Shown here piece by piece: positions 13,095 through 25,344 of a stretch of 64,000 nucleotides of DNA; the first letter of the stretch is position 1; each line of letters begins with the position of its first letter. The translations under genes and the position numbers were made by a program. This stretch comes from Octopus vulgaris (taxonomy: Eukaryota). Under the pieces are notes generated by a model that was not told the DNA's origin, made no database searches, and saw nothing but the letters and a program-made list of their open reading frames with translations. The stretch spans positions 150,722,001 through 150,786,000 of the forward strand of contig OX597817.1 in the NCBI GenBank assembly GCA_951406725.2, read 5' to 3'.

Positions 13095-13211
13095 AACAAG
13101 CCTTTAGCACATTCTCCGGAGATATTTTCTTTGTTTGAAAGTGTTAATTTACCACCCACTTCAAATTTCTGTGACATTTTCTCAACAATTGATAAACTCC
13201 AACAGTTAAAG
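13095..13211 (+). CDS. Bfr1/PPI-like protein, internal exon with L.H.P....LF....L.P....D...T...L..K motif
   Basis: Acceptor ttttcttcAG, donor AAG|gttcgt; 117 nt, phase 0-0; NKPLAHSPEIFSLFESVNLPPTSNFCDIFSTIDKLQQLK. Confidence 0.85.
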
Positions 13212-14476
13212 GTTCGTAATATAAAATCAAATTATATTAAATTTTGATATTTCTATAACATAATATCAGTGGTTGTGTATTAGTTCACTCAAATCCAGAC
13301 ACACCAGCTGGTATTATTTTACTTTTGGTTTGTTTTGTGATTCTATCTCTTATCTGCAACCATAGAAATTGAACTAAAAAAAAAAAAGATTAATTTTAAT
13401 TTCCCAAATGCAGGATAATGCTAATAATATAGCCTGTATCCTGCGTTTGAGAATTTAAAATCACTTCTTTAACTTTCTAAGACATCTCAACGCTTCTAAA
13501 GCAAACTTTGTTTGTTTGTTTACGTTAAAGCGAATAACCTGTCAGAATTGATAGAGTGCCACATAAAATGACTTAGTAAAACAGTAGAATATGAGAAAAT
13601 AAGAGATAATCTGTATTGGAAAATTCATCATCATTGTTCACTATTCCCTTACTGGTACTTGTGCTGGTGGCATGTGAAAAAACATTTCAGCGAGGTCGTT
13701 GCCAGTGCTGCTGGACTGGCCACCTGTGCAGGTGGCACATAAAAAGCACCATTTGAGCGTGGCCGCTGCCAGTACCGCCTCTCTGGCCCACGTGCCGGTG
13801 GCTCATAAAAGCACTTGCTACACTCTCAGAGTGGTTGGCGTTAATAAGGGCATCCAGCTGTAGAAATTCTGCCTGATCAGATAGGAGCCTGGTGCAGCCA
13901 TCTGGTTCGCCAGGCCTCAGTCAAATCGTCCATCCCATGCTAGCATGGAAAGCGGACGTTAAACGATGATGATGCTCACATGAGTCTGATGGAATTTGTT
14001 GAGGTGGATTTTCTAAGGCAGGATGCGTTTCCTGTCCCAACACCCAATTGTTTCTAAGCAAGGTAACCAGGAATATTTTCACTGAAGATTAGAAACAAAG
14101 GATACTGCTTGCATGACAATGACAGTTGATTATATCTACCCTGCAATGTCAAAGCAAAGCAGCATTAACACACAGATGCGCATACATGCAGGCGCGCGCG
14201 CGCACACGCACACACACACACACACATTAGGCTTATTTCAGTTTCCAGTCACAGGGCTATATTAGAAGGCACTTGCCCAAGGCAGCACGTAGTGGCAGTT
14301 ATCCTATCTAATTTGTTGCTTAATCTTGCAAAATAAGTTGATAGGGAGGACTTCTACTTCTTGAACAAAATTGCTGTTGGTGGCAATGTGAATTTTGTCA
14401 TATATTAAAATATTGTGTAAATTACATGTTTTCTTCTGTTATATATTTACATATTTTTTGTTTTTTCTTTTTACAG

Positions 14477-14899
14477 AACCAACTAGAAAAAGCGGGACTA
14501 CAAAAGGATAATTGTAAAGAAAATGGTAGTGTTACTTCAGATGATATTTGCTTAAGTGACTCTGGTTACTCAGCTGATGGGAGTGCTGTGTGTGATCTTT
14601 CTCGGCAGGTTAGTCACCGAGGAAGTACAGACATGATTTCTAATCCTACCAGTTTATTAGACATCAACCAGATGAGTGATCCAAGTAGCAAATCCACAAC
14701 AGTGTCCTCACTAGAAGTCGAAAGCAATGAGGTAGAAGACGAGGAAAGTTCTGAAAGTGATGGAAACAGTTCACCCTTATCATTAAATAAAGAAAGATTA
14801 TCTTTGATATTAGACAATGTACGTCGGTTATCTGTCGAAGATACATTTGATAGTACTGACTTTGATAGTGAGAACCAAACAAATTCTGACTTAAAATAA
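14477..14899 (+). CDS. Bfr1/PPI-like protein, terminal coding exon (Ser/Asp/Glu-rich, probably disordered tail)
   Basis: Acceptor ttctttttacAG, phase 0, open to TAA at 14897-14899 (ORF 14426..14899). All ten exons sum to 1473 nt = 490 aa + stop. Confidence 0.88.
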   Translation, partial: NQLEKAGLQKDNCKENGSVTSDDICLSDSGYSADGSAVCDLSRQVSHRGSTDMISNPTSLLDINQMSDPSSKSTTVSSLEVESNEVEDEESSESDGNSSPLSLNKERLSLILDNVRRLSVEDTFDSTDFDSENQTNSDLK

Positions 14900-15197
14900 T
14901 GCAATTTTAGGTAATATATTTTGAAATGTATAGAATCTATTTTTGTATATACTGGATTTTTAGAATGATTCAAAAGTACCAGCTCTATTATTCATTTCCA
15001 CAATTATTCACAAACATTTTGAATAATTATTTACTTCAAAAATTCTTTGGAGTAAAAATATGCAAAACTTTTTTTAGAGCTGATAAGAAAATTTTTTTAA
15101 TTTTTGGTTAACATCTGTCTTACATAGACATCATTCCAATCTGAAATTATAATTTTTTTTTTTTTCACATTCATTTATTTTTCTTTTGTTACTGCAG

Positions 15198-18100
15198 GTT
15201 GTATAGTTCTGTAACTTTAAACATTTTCGTTAATTTTTGGAGTAAATGAATTTTTAGCTTAATGTCATTACATAACATTTTTATGAAGCATGAACGATAC
15301 TTTGCTTTCTTGCAAAGTATAAACTGAACCAAACAGGAGAATGTACTTAAATTAAGAATATAATGTAATGATTGAGATAAGATATTAAGCGATGATCTAT
15401 AATAGTTCAGGAAATTGTTGAGAACTTTAACTACATACTCTAAAATCAAAAAAAAATTTTAAAAACCCAGAAAACAGAAAAAAAGTACAGTATAAGTGAG
15501 TTATTCAAGAATGTGGGTTTAACCTTTTCACTTCCATCAAATCATGGACCATCTTTTATTAAAGTGGTTTTTATTTAAATTAAAATCTCAACCAAAATCT
15601 ACTCGTTACCAGAATGGTAATGCAAAATTTCCACAGATAAATTTTTATTTTTAAGTTAAATTCAAAAATCAATTTAATATCCCAACAAGTATTATATTTT
15701 ATTAAACTATTCCAAATTTTAATTATTGTGAAAATTACTTGAAACACATAGGCTGTCTATCATTTCTAAAATAATGGTAGCAAAAGCTTTAACCCTTTTG
15801 ATGCCAACCTGCCTGAGACTACTTCTGATTCTCTGATACAAACTTCCTGTTTTTAAGTGATCTAAATTAATCCCTCAAGTAGGAAACACCAATTTCATAA
15901 CGACAAAGCTAATTAACTAAATTCTTCATTATTTTCAAAATTAATAGAAAGTAAATCAGTATATTTCAACAGAAATACGGTAACAAAAGGGTTAAGCTAT
16001 GGAAAGGCAGCATATGCAACTGTATTTGTCTCTTACAATTTATTTAAAAGTATAAATTTTCTCTCTTTCGCATTCAAGTGGTACACATTAATAAAAAAAA
16101 AACAAACAAGAACCTATCCAACTGTAAAATACCTGCTCTAACAATTTATACAAAATGTTTAACCTTGCAGAACCATTCATGCTAATCCAAACTTAGTTTT
16201 AAAAAATGTATTTATTGAGCATTATCAAAAAAAAAAAAACATCATATAGTGATAATATATTTACCTTGCATTGTTATTTCATTGATTGTAATTATTATAA
16301 ATTAGAATGCAATTTGTTCTAATTGTAACATTATGATGCAGGGAAAGTTATTGAAATCGAATCTACAGTTCAGTTTCGATCCACCATTTAGAGGAGTTTA
16401 CTTATACAAGTACAACCCCAATTTTCTGGTACCTTTGTTTCCAAAGCCTTTCCAGATGACTGATGTTTTTGAACCAAGCAGTGTTACTGTTAAATTAAAC
16501 AAATATTAAATTTACTTACCTAATTAAATGAAACCTGTACATTAGTATAAATGACACAAGTTTATTAATATTGTACTGTGTAAAGTACTGTAAAGCAGGA
16601 CCTCCCAGTAAACTTGTCTGGTGGTCGTAGGAATTTGAAGCTCCTACTCATAAATTCGTGTGGACTGTCAGTGTCCAGAAAGTTGGTGTTGTACCTGTAT
16701 CACTAAAGCCCTTTGGAAAGACATGTCTGTTGTATACATCATGTCTTTTTTCTATGAGGATTCATTATTTGTTCATTGTGTTTATTCAGATTTCCAGAAA
16801 TGCTTTTAAATATTTGTTATAAGACTTTATAGTGTCCAAAATCATCTCAGGTTTATTAATGAATTACAATGTCTTTTATGAAAGGGCCTTCAAATCTAAA
16901 AATAATTTTTGTTTCATCAACACAGCAACTTGTGATTTATCTGCCTGTAAATATTTGAAGTTGAGACACCCTAAAATAGATTTGAGCTTTTTTTTATCAA
17001 TTACTGTTTAAACTGAATTGGTATATTGTGGTTTACTTTTACAACTGTCAATAAGTATATGGTTAACTTAATGAGCTTGGATTGTGAAAACAGTTTTAGA
17101 TTGGTTCATCAGAGGAGATTATAACCTAAGCATACAAAAAAAAAGGATTGGGTGAGGAAAATTTTCCCCCCTACCAATCATAGATAAAAACATTTTTTTT
17201 ATGAGTACTTCTCTATTGTGTTTGCTATGAATATAGCAGTTGTCTGTGATAGTGAGGGTCTTCAGTGAATGGCCCCTTTGTCATGTTAGTGATATTAAGA
17301 TTGGCAAAGATATTTCATTGAAACTCAGAGAAAAAGATAAGAGTTTTGTGATAATATAAAGTTATGGTTCATAAAATTTCTATAACAGAAAAACAAAATA
17401 TAGTTCAAAATTATCTGAGAGATAATTATGAATTTGTATACAATAATTATGTACATAGTTACACATACCTATAACTTAAAGCACAGGAAAAAACTGTGTG
17501 ATGATATAGAAAATTATTTAGTAGTTGTAGAAATGCTTATGTTGAATGAAACAGGGTGTGTAAACAATTATCATCTAAGCAGTAGTGTTTATTAAAGGAT
17601 TACTGACCCGGAACTTCATGTCAACCAATGTGTAATGTTTGTTATTATTTTATTTGGGAATTTAGATTACAAGATGGCTGAATATTTAGAGCATCTGAGA
17701 AAATGCTTTCTGGTATTTCCTCTGACCCCATAATGTTCTGAGCTGAAATGCTGTGAAAGTCAACTTTGCCTTTCATCCTTTCGAGGTTGATAAAATTAGC
17801 ACCAGTTAAATACTAGGGGGTCAATGTAATCAAATCCCTTCTCTTCCCTCAAAACTGCTGGCCCTGTGCCAAAAATTAGAAAGAATTTTTGTTTTTTTTA
17901 TTTGAGAATTATTTCAAAATATTGTTAACTACTTTTTGTTGGTTTGTATTATTAATATATTTATTATTTTTGAATTTTATTTTGCCAAATATTTCTCATG
18001 AGGTAATTAAGTTTAACATTCTTGGTGTATATACATGTGTATACATACATGTACACACCTAGTAAAAATGTTTTTGGCAGGGTTGGGAGCAGGGGGGTCT

Positions 18101-18230
18101 TTTTGAACTGTTTTATATTCCTCTGTATACAATTTTCTCTTCCTTCTGATCTTAATATTCTTTTTTTTTAGGATATAATTTTAGTTAAAAATGTATTTAT
18201 TCAAAATGTTAAACCAGTGAAAATAAAATA
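15198..18230 (+). other. Probable 3'-UTR exon of the Bfr1-like gene, ending near a candidate poly(A) signal
   Basis: Strong acceptor (T-tract, ttactgcAG) at 15197; AT-rich, comparatively SINE-poor stretch; AATAAA at 18222-18227 followed by U-rich sequence. End point uncertain. Confidence 0.4.
15793..15991. mobile_element. piggyBac-like MITE (TTAA TSD)
   Basis: TTAA|cccttttg ... caaaaggg|TTAA; homologous copy at 56732-56948 and a degenerate one at ~6850-7045. Confidence 0.75.
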
Positions 18231-18631
18231 AAAATCCAAATGCCATTTATTTTATTACATTAATCTAAATACAGTTTATTTTATTACAGTTTTACCAGAT
18301 TTATATGATAACTGAAATTAATTAAGCAAACCATAGAATTTGTGTTGTTTTTTTGATAGTCCAAGCTAGGATTTGAAAATACATAGATTTTATTTCATTC
18401 AGCCATATCCATTGTAACATGTTTTCCATTTCCAAAACAAAAATATTTGGAATATACTGATTCATAATATTACCTTGTATAGGCCATGTGGTTAACAAGC
18501 TTGCTTTGTAACTACATGGTCTCTGGTTCAGTCCCACTACATGGTGCCTTGGGCAAGTGTCTTCCACTACAGCCCTGAGCCAACCAATGCCCTGTAGGTG
18601 AACTTTGTGTGTGTGTGTGTGTGTCTGTATA

Positions 18632-20261
18632 CAGGCATACCTCGGCTTAAGTCGTTTCAATTTAAGTTGTTCTCAATTATACATCGGTTTTCAAAAATAA
18701 TATATATGGAAAAAAAAATCAAGTTACGTCATTTTACTCGACTTTACAAATATTGGAATCATAAAAATCACTAGAAAACCATTAAAAGCACATAAAATCA
18801 TGTTACTGTACAATAAATAAGAATAAAAGCATATGAAATCATATTAAAATATGTACAGTAAATATTAAGATACACACCATAAAGTAGTGTAGCTTAATGA
18901 ACAAAATCATTAAATTGACTGTGTTGTCTTATTTATCAGTCTTTTGGAACTCATATTGCACTGTACTTCCAATATCTACTGTTAGGCATCGTTGTCACTC
19001 ATGATTCCTGCAATTGCTTTGAATTTGAATTCAGATTTGTTTGTCTGTTTATCAGCTACTTTCTCATCCTCTTTCATTTGTGACTTTATTTTTTGCCCCC
19101 ATGGCTCCTAAGAAAATTCATAGTAAAATAATTGCTATCTTCAAGCTTTAATATATGAAGCGTATGTTGTGGCAATAATAGCTGCAACTGATCTTGATTA
19201 ATCCATCACACTTCATGACTTTTGGAAGAGATACGATAGCTACAAGGCTGTACAGAACATATCAGCAGCATGGAATGATGTACAGAGCATGGCTTTGATT
19301 GGTGTATGGAAGAAGCTATGCCCACAATTCATGAATGATTTTAAGGGGTTTGATAATGTTGCCATCAACAAAACATTGGTGACTATGAGCAAAGAATTGG
19401 GAATGGATTTGGAGGAGGAGGATTTCACAGATTTATTTGAAAATGACAAGAAGCCCCTGATGAACGAGGATTTGATAGAGCTTCATGAGCAGCAAAATAA
19501 AGAAGAGGAAGTTGAACCTGAGCCACATCACTTTACCATTAAGAAAATGCAGCAAGCATTTGCATGTATCAAAAATGGTCTTTCTATGTTCGAGGATATG
19601 GATCCAAATGCTCAATACTTTTCCAAGATTATGGGGACTTGTCACAAAGCTTTGGCACCTTATATTGTAATCCTTGAAAAAAAGAAAAAGACAGTTCAAG
19701 GAACTCTCAACTGGTCTTTTAAGTGCATCAAACAACAAGAACAGCCAGAGTCAGCTGTTGATGTTGACGATTCACAGCCATCTACATCTGCAATGTAAAC
19801 CACCAAATTGTATGTACATATTGGTAAATTTAAAATAATTTAGTTTTTTTTTACTATTGCAAAATAATAATAATTACTGAATTTGTTTTTTAAGCTTAAA
19901 AAAGGCTTTAATTTTACTATGTCTTATTGCAAACCACATTCATGAATAAAGTGTCCGCTATGTATGGTAAAGGCCGCCAAATTGTATTCGTAAATTTAGA
20001 TTACTTTTTTTTTACTGTACTGTATTAAAAAATAAAATGTTTTTGTTTGTAAGCTTAAAATAGGTTTTTATTAACCATGCATTATTGAGAATGCATTCAT
20101 AAATAAAGTACAGAACTGGGAATAGTTATTATCGGTTTAGCCTAGAGACAAGTAAATTCGACCTATCCAAGCCTAGAGGCAAGTTAGTTCGACTTAAGTT
20201 GTTTTGTCATGGAAGTTGTGTTTCCTGGAACCAATTAACGATGTAAGGTGAGGTATGCCTG
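18632..20261 (+). mobile_element. Tigger/pogo-like DNA transposon, internally deleted
   Basis: TIRs TA|CAGGCATACCTC ... GAGGTATGCCTG; ORF 19289..19798 (GVWKKLCPQFMNDFKGFD ... EPEPHHFTIKKMQQAF) resembles a Tigger/TIGD1 transposase C-terminus; start MAPKK at 19101. Confidence 0.85.
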
Positions 20262-21848
20262 GGCCTCTGGAGATATGATGTGATTGAGAAGACCTGGCAA
20301 CTAAAGTGAGATCGCAACCATAGCCGTTGCCAGTGTTGCATGTCTGGCCCATTTAAAAGGACCCTTGATGCGTCGGGTGATATGATATGCTTGAGAAGAC
20401 CTGTTGAGTCAAGTAAAACCAAAATCATTGCTGTGGCCAGTGCTCCCTGACTGGCTCCTGTTCCGGTGGCATGTAAAATTCATCATCTGAATGTGGTCGA
20501 TGCCAGTGTCCCCTGACTGGTTCTCGTGCCGGTGGCATGTAAAAAGCACCATTTGAACGTGGTTGATGCCAGGCCTGCCTGCCTGACTGGCTCCTGTGCC
20601 GATGGCACATAAAAAACTCCTACTACACTCTTGGTGTGGTTGGCATTAGGAAGGGCATCCAACTGTAGAATCCTTACCAGATCAGATTGGAGCCTGGTGC
20701 AGCCACTGGCTTTCCAGACCTCAGTGAAACCGTCCGACCCATGCCAGCATGGAAAACAGATGTTAAACAATGATGATGGATGCACACAACATGTATGTGC
20801 ATATATGTGTGTGTGTGTGTGTTTGTTTTATCCCCCATTATAGCCCAGTGACTAAAACAAATGATAAAAGAAAAAGGAGAAAAATCTGTACAGGATATAC
20901 ATTGCTGCATGCAGTAAGCAATGTGTGAGTGTGTCTGTGCATGGGTGTGTGAGTGTGTCTGTGCATGGATATGTGAGTGTGTGAGAGTGAGTATGTGTGT
21001 GAGTGTATGCATGCGTGAGTGAGAGTGAGTGTGTGTGCGTGAGTGCGTATGAGAGTGTGTGTGAGTTGTGTTAATTAAAAAAGCAAGAGAAATCGATCCG
21101 TTACAGAAAGAAAGCACTTATTAGTCTTGCTGCTGATGACTTATCTAGCTATACTTGTAGCATGCTAGTGGTGAGGGAAATAAAAAACATCTGTCTGTAA
21201 AAGCCATGTCACAGACACCTAATTCACACCAATATGGAAAACGATGGAAATATATTGTTGTATCTCAGAAGGGTGTCATTATGGCAATAATAAATGGTTC
21301 TAATTCCCTTCTTTTATTATTAGTATTAAGCCCAGGCATGGCTGTGTGGTAAGAAGTTTGCATCCCAACCACACGGTTCTGAGTTCTGTCCTATTGTGTG
21401 GCACCTTGGGCAAATGTTTTCTATTATAACCTCAGGCTGACTAAAGTTTTGTGAGTAGATTTGATAGATGGAAACTGAAAGAAGCCTGTTGTGTGTAATA
21501 TATATGTCTTTGTGTGTTTTTGTCCCTCACTACTGTTTGACAGCCAGTGTTGGTGTGTTTACATCCCTGTAACTTAGCAGTTCGGTAAAAGAGACCAATA
21601 GAATAAGTACCTGGCTTTAAAAAAATTGAGTACTGCGGTCTATTTTTTGACTAAAATTCAAGGTGGAGCCCCAGTATGGCCAGAGTCTAAAGACTGAAAC
21701 AAGTAAAAAATAAAAAGATTAGCTAATAGGTTAATCCTTTAGTTGATCAGTTAATCAGCTAAATTTGTCAAAGTGCTTTTGTTGCCATTCATGACTTCAT
21801 CAACAACACATCCTCTCTACTCTGGGTCTGTTTCAAGTTCATCTATAT

Positions 21849-22114
21849 CAGTGGTTCCCAAAGTGGGTGGTATTGCCTCCCTGGGGACACTGGAAAGTTC
21901 CAAGGGAGCTTTGAAGAAAAGTGGAGTGATAACGGAGTAGGGATTCCATGTAAAAAAACAAAATAGGTTTTTTAGGTTGTTATATTTGTGAAACACAGTC
22001 GCATTGAATTTGCTTCAGAGAGAGGTCTTTGTGATGGTTAGTTGGGATGGGGTCACTAGAAATGTGGCCTAGGTGTCAAGGGGGCAACAGCCCGAAAATG
22101 TTTGAGAGTCACTG
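21849..22114. mobile_element. hAT (Charlie-like) MITE, 8-bp TSD
   Basis: cagtggttcccaaa ... tttgagagtcactg flanked by atctatat on both sides; homologue at 63390-63645. Confidence 0.85.
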
Positions 22115-22274
22115 ATCTATATCATCATTGTTTTACTTTGGTTTCTTCTCACTGGTATGTGTTGGATTCATCATCACAATCCATGTTAACTGTTAGATGG
22201 TGTTACTGCCCTTCAAGGTAAGTTAAGGGTCATATGTTTTGGTACTGTTTCTATTTTCTAGACACCCTTACTAT

Positions 22275-22681
22275 AGGTGTAGGAGTGGCTGTGTGCTAAG
22301 TAGCTTGCTTACAAACCACATGGTTCCAGGCTCAGTCCCACTGCATGGCACCTTGGGCATGTGTCTTCTATTATAGCCTTGAGCTGACCAAAGCCTTGTG
22401 AGTGGATTTGGTAGACAGAAACTGAAAGAAGCCTATCGTATATATGTATATACATGTATGTGTGTATATATGTTTGTGTGTCTGTGTTTGTCCCCCCAAC
22501 ATCTCTTGACAACCGATGCTGGTGTGTTTACATGCCCGTAACTTAGCGGTTCGGCAAAAGAGACTGATAGAATAAGTACTAGGCTTACAAAGAATAAGTC
22601 CTGGGGTCGATTTGCTTGGCTAAAGGCGTTGCTCCAGCATGGTCACAGTCAAATGACTGAAATAGGTAAGAGAGTAAAGAG
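22275..22681 (+). mobile_element. tRNA-derived SINE with Meta-domain-like core, near full length
   Basis: Head ggagtggctgtg..ggctcagtccc, core agccttgtgagtggatttggtagacagaaactgaaagaagc, internal (TA/TG)n, tail cagcatggtcacagtcaaatgactgaaa. Many copies: ~21333-21718, 24865-25450, 26323-26680, 30660-31410, 32225-32500(-), 48730-48900, 51202-51560, 53433-53810(-), 54318-54703(-). Confidence 0.85.
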
Positions 22682-24679
22682 TTCATTTTATCATGGCACC
22701 AAGACTGGGGTTCTCTTACTCCCAACAAGACGAAAGTGTCTTCTCTACCATATGTTTTCTCTCTCTCTATATAGAAATATACTTTTACTAAAAAGCAGTG
22801 ACAGTGACTTCAAAGTTTTAGACTACTAGCCTTCTTTAGACCATCAGACTGAAACTTGGAAGTCACTGTCACCCCTTTCTTGTAAAAAGTATATCAATGT
22901 ATGTACTTTGGAAAAAGTATTGAATAATTTTTCTGCTTAATGTTAAATTGTTTTTATTAGAGCTTGACATAAAAACATATGAATAAGACACCATTCGAGC
23001 GTGAACGTTACCAGCATCGCCTTACTGGCACCTGTGCCTGTGGCATGTGTAAAAGATTCGAGCGAGGTCATTGCCAGTACCACCTGACTGGCCCCGTGCC
23101 GGTGGCATGTAAAAGTATCCTCTACACTCTCGGAGTGGTTGGCATTAGGAAGGGCATCCAGCTGTAGAAACTCTGCCAGATCAAGATTGAAGCCTGGTGC
23201 AGCCATCTGGTTTGCCAGCCCTCAGTCATTCATCCAACCTATGCTAGCATGGAAAGCGGACGTTAAACGATGATGATGATGTGTTGTATGCCTGTGTGTT
23301 TTCAAACTAGACTATCACCTTTTCTTCCTTTTTTTCTTTTCAAGAAAATAATGAAGTAAAACTGTTTTCTAAATTGTGCTTAGCTTTAAATCTACAGCAT
23401 GAAATAGATGAGAGATAACTCTAATCAATATTTTATGATCTGGTATTTATTACTGATAGTTGGGGGTAAAAAGATATGTAGACTCAAATATCCTATCCAG
23501 AAACATCAGAGTGCTATAGCTTTGAACCTAATCCTCAATAATTTATGGAGTCCAAAATCCAATACCATATGTGCTTGTCTGTTTTGTTCCCACAGTGAAA
23601 ATATATCCACAATTCTGAAGGGCATTCGATTATAAACAGCTGCATGTTATGTGACGAGCACATTAAACATGACCCCAATGCTATTCTGAAAGCTGTCACA
23701 GGGTGGCTGATTAATTTCTTAATGTACTGGAAATGTTAAAGAAAAATTTAAGGAGTTTATTTATTGACACAAGCTGTTACATCCATTGGTTTGTAGTTTA
23801 AGTGTTATGCAAAAGCATAATCACCAGTCAGTGTACATTCCCCCCCCACCGACATACTGCTGAGATGACATATTCATGAGGAAAACAATATGATTCTACT
23901 TCAAATCATTCCCCCTCTTCCTCTTCATTATCATTATCATCATAAAGGTGGTGAGCTGGCAGAATTGATAGCATACTGGGCAAAATGTTTAAGAGTGGCT
24001 GTGTGGTAGGTAGCTTGCTTACGAACCACATGGTTCCAGGTTCAGTCCCATTGCGTGGCACCTTAGGCAAGTGTCTTCTACTATAACTTCGGGCTGACCA
24101 AAGCCTTGTGAGTGGATTTGGTAGACAGGCCAGTTGATTAGATCGACCCCAGTATGCAACTCATACTTAATTTATTGACCCCAAAAGGATGAAAGGCAAA
24201 GTCAGCCTTGGCAGAATTTGAACTCAGAACGTAAAGACAGATGAAATGCTGCTAAGCATTTCATCCGGCATGATAATGTTTCTGCCAGCTCTTTACATTT
24301 TGAGTTAAAATTTCATTGAAGTCAGCTTTGCCTTTCATCCTTTTGCAGTTGATAAAATTGTTAAATTGCCTTGTAATATTTAGTTCCAACTCTATATTCC
24401 AGGTTCAAATTTTGCTGAAGTCAGTTTTATTTTCCTCCCCTCTGAGGACGATAAAATAAAAGTCAAGTAATGGCATTGGTTTAATGGACCAACTCCTCCC
24501 CATGAAATTACTATCCTTGTAACTAGATCAGAAGTTATTTTTATGCTAATGATTTCTAAAATGAATGAAATATTGCCATATCTGATTACCACAAACTAGA
24601 AATTGAAAGAGATAATTAAACAAAAATCAGGAAAAATTAATGTGTATTCTATGCTGGTCTTATGCCTGGTAGAATCATT

Positions 24680-24840
24680 AGTACATTATTTACATTTGAC
24701 GGATATTTGTCCTCATCTTTGTTGTTAACACGTTTTGGCTGATCTACCGTCCAGCCTTCATCAGGTGTCTTGGGGAAATTTCAAACCTGGGTTCTCATTC
24801 CTAAGGTATTTTTCGATGTTATTATTATTATTATTATTAT
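24680..24840 (-). mobile_element. Truncated copy of hammerhead-motif Penelope-like non-autonomous element (same family as 31149-31314)
   Basis: Minus strand: (AAT)n then ...gacac-CTGATGA-a-GGCTG-gacggtagat-CAGCC-AAAAC-gt...gatgaggacaaatatccgtc. Confidence 0.7.
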
Positions 24841-25032
24841 GTAAAGTAGTTGGCATTTGTAAGAAGTGGGTGTGTAGTAAGTAGCTTGCTTATGAACCAC
24901 ATGGTTCTGGGTTCAGTCCCATTGCATGGCACCTTGGGCAAGTGTCTTCTACTATAGCCTCAAGCCGACCAAAGCCTTGTGAGTGGATTTAGTAGACAGA
25001 AACTGAAAGAAGCCCGTCGTATATATGTGTAT

Positions 25033-25070
<38 letters not shown>

Positions 25071-25101
25071 TTAAAAAAGGAGATGTGGAACACGAGTTGT
25101 G

Positions 25102-25306
25102 ATATATAAAAAAGGAAATGAAGAAAATGCTGACAAAATAATTTAAGTAATTTAATTAGGTGAAAGTTCTTTTTACCAGATAAGAGGAAAAAATCTATCC
25201 GAAAGGAACTCTAATCTTTTGATAAGCATAACAAATGCACAACCGGTAAAAAGAACTTTCACCTAATTAAATTACTTAAATTATTTTGTCAGCATTTTCT
25301 TCATTT

Positions 25307-25320
<14 letters not shown>
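25102..25320. repeat. Perfect 76-bp inverted repeat (25102-25177 / 25245-25320) with 67-bp spacer, inside the (TA)n of a SINE
   Basis: Arms read directly as reverse complements: aaggaaatgaagaaaatgctgac...ttctttttacc / ggtaaaaagaac...catttcctt. Confidence 0.9.

Positions 25321-25344
<24 letters not shown>

Noticed and set aside
14614-14973. Antisense ORFs over the terminal exon
   Set aside because: Shadow frames of the real + strand exon.
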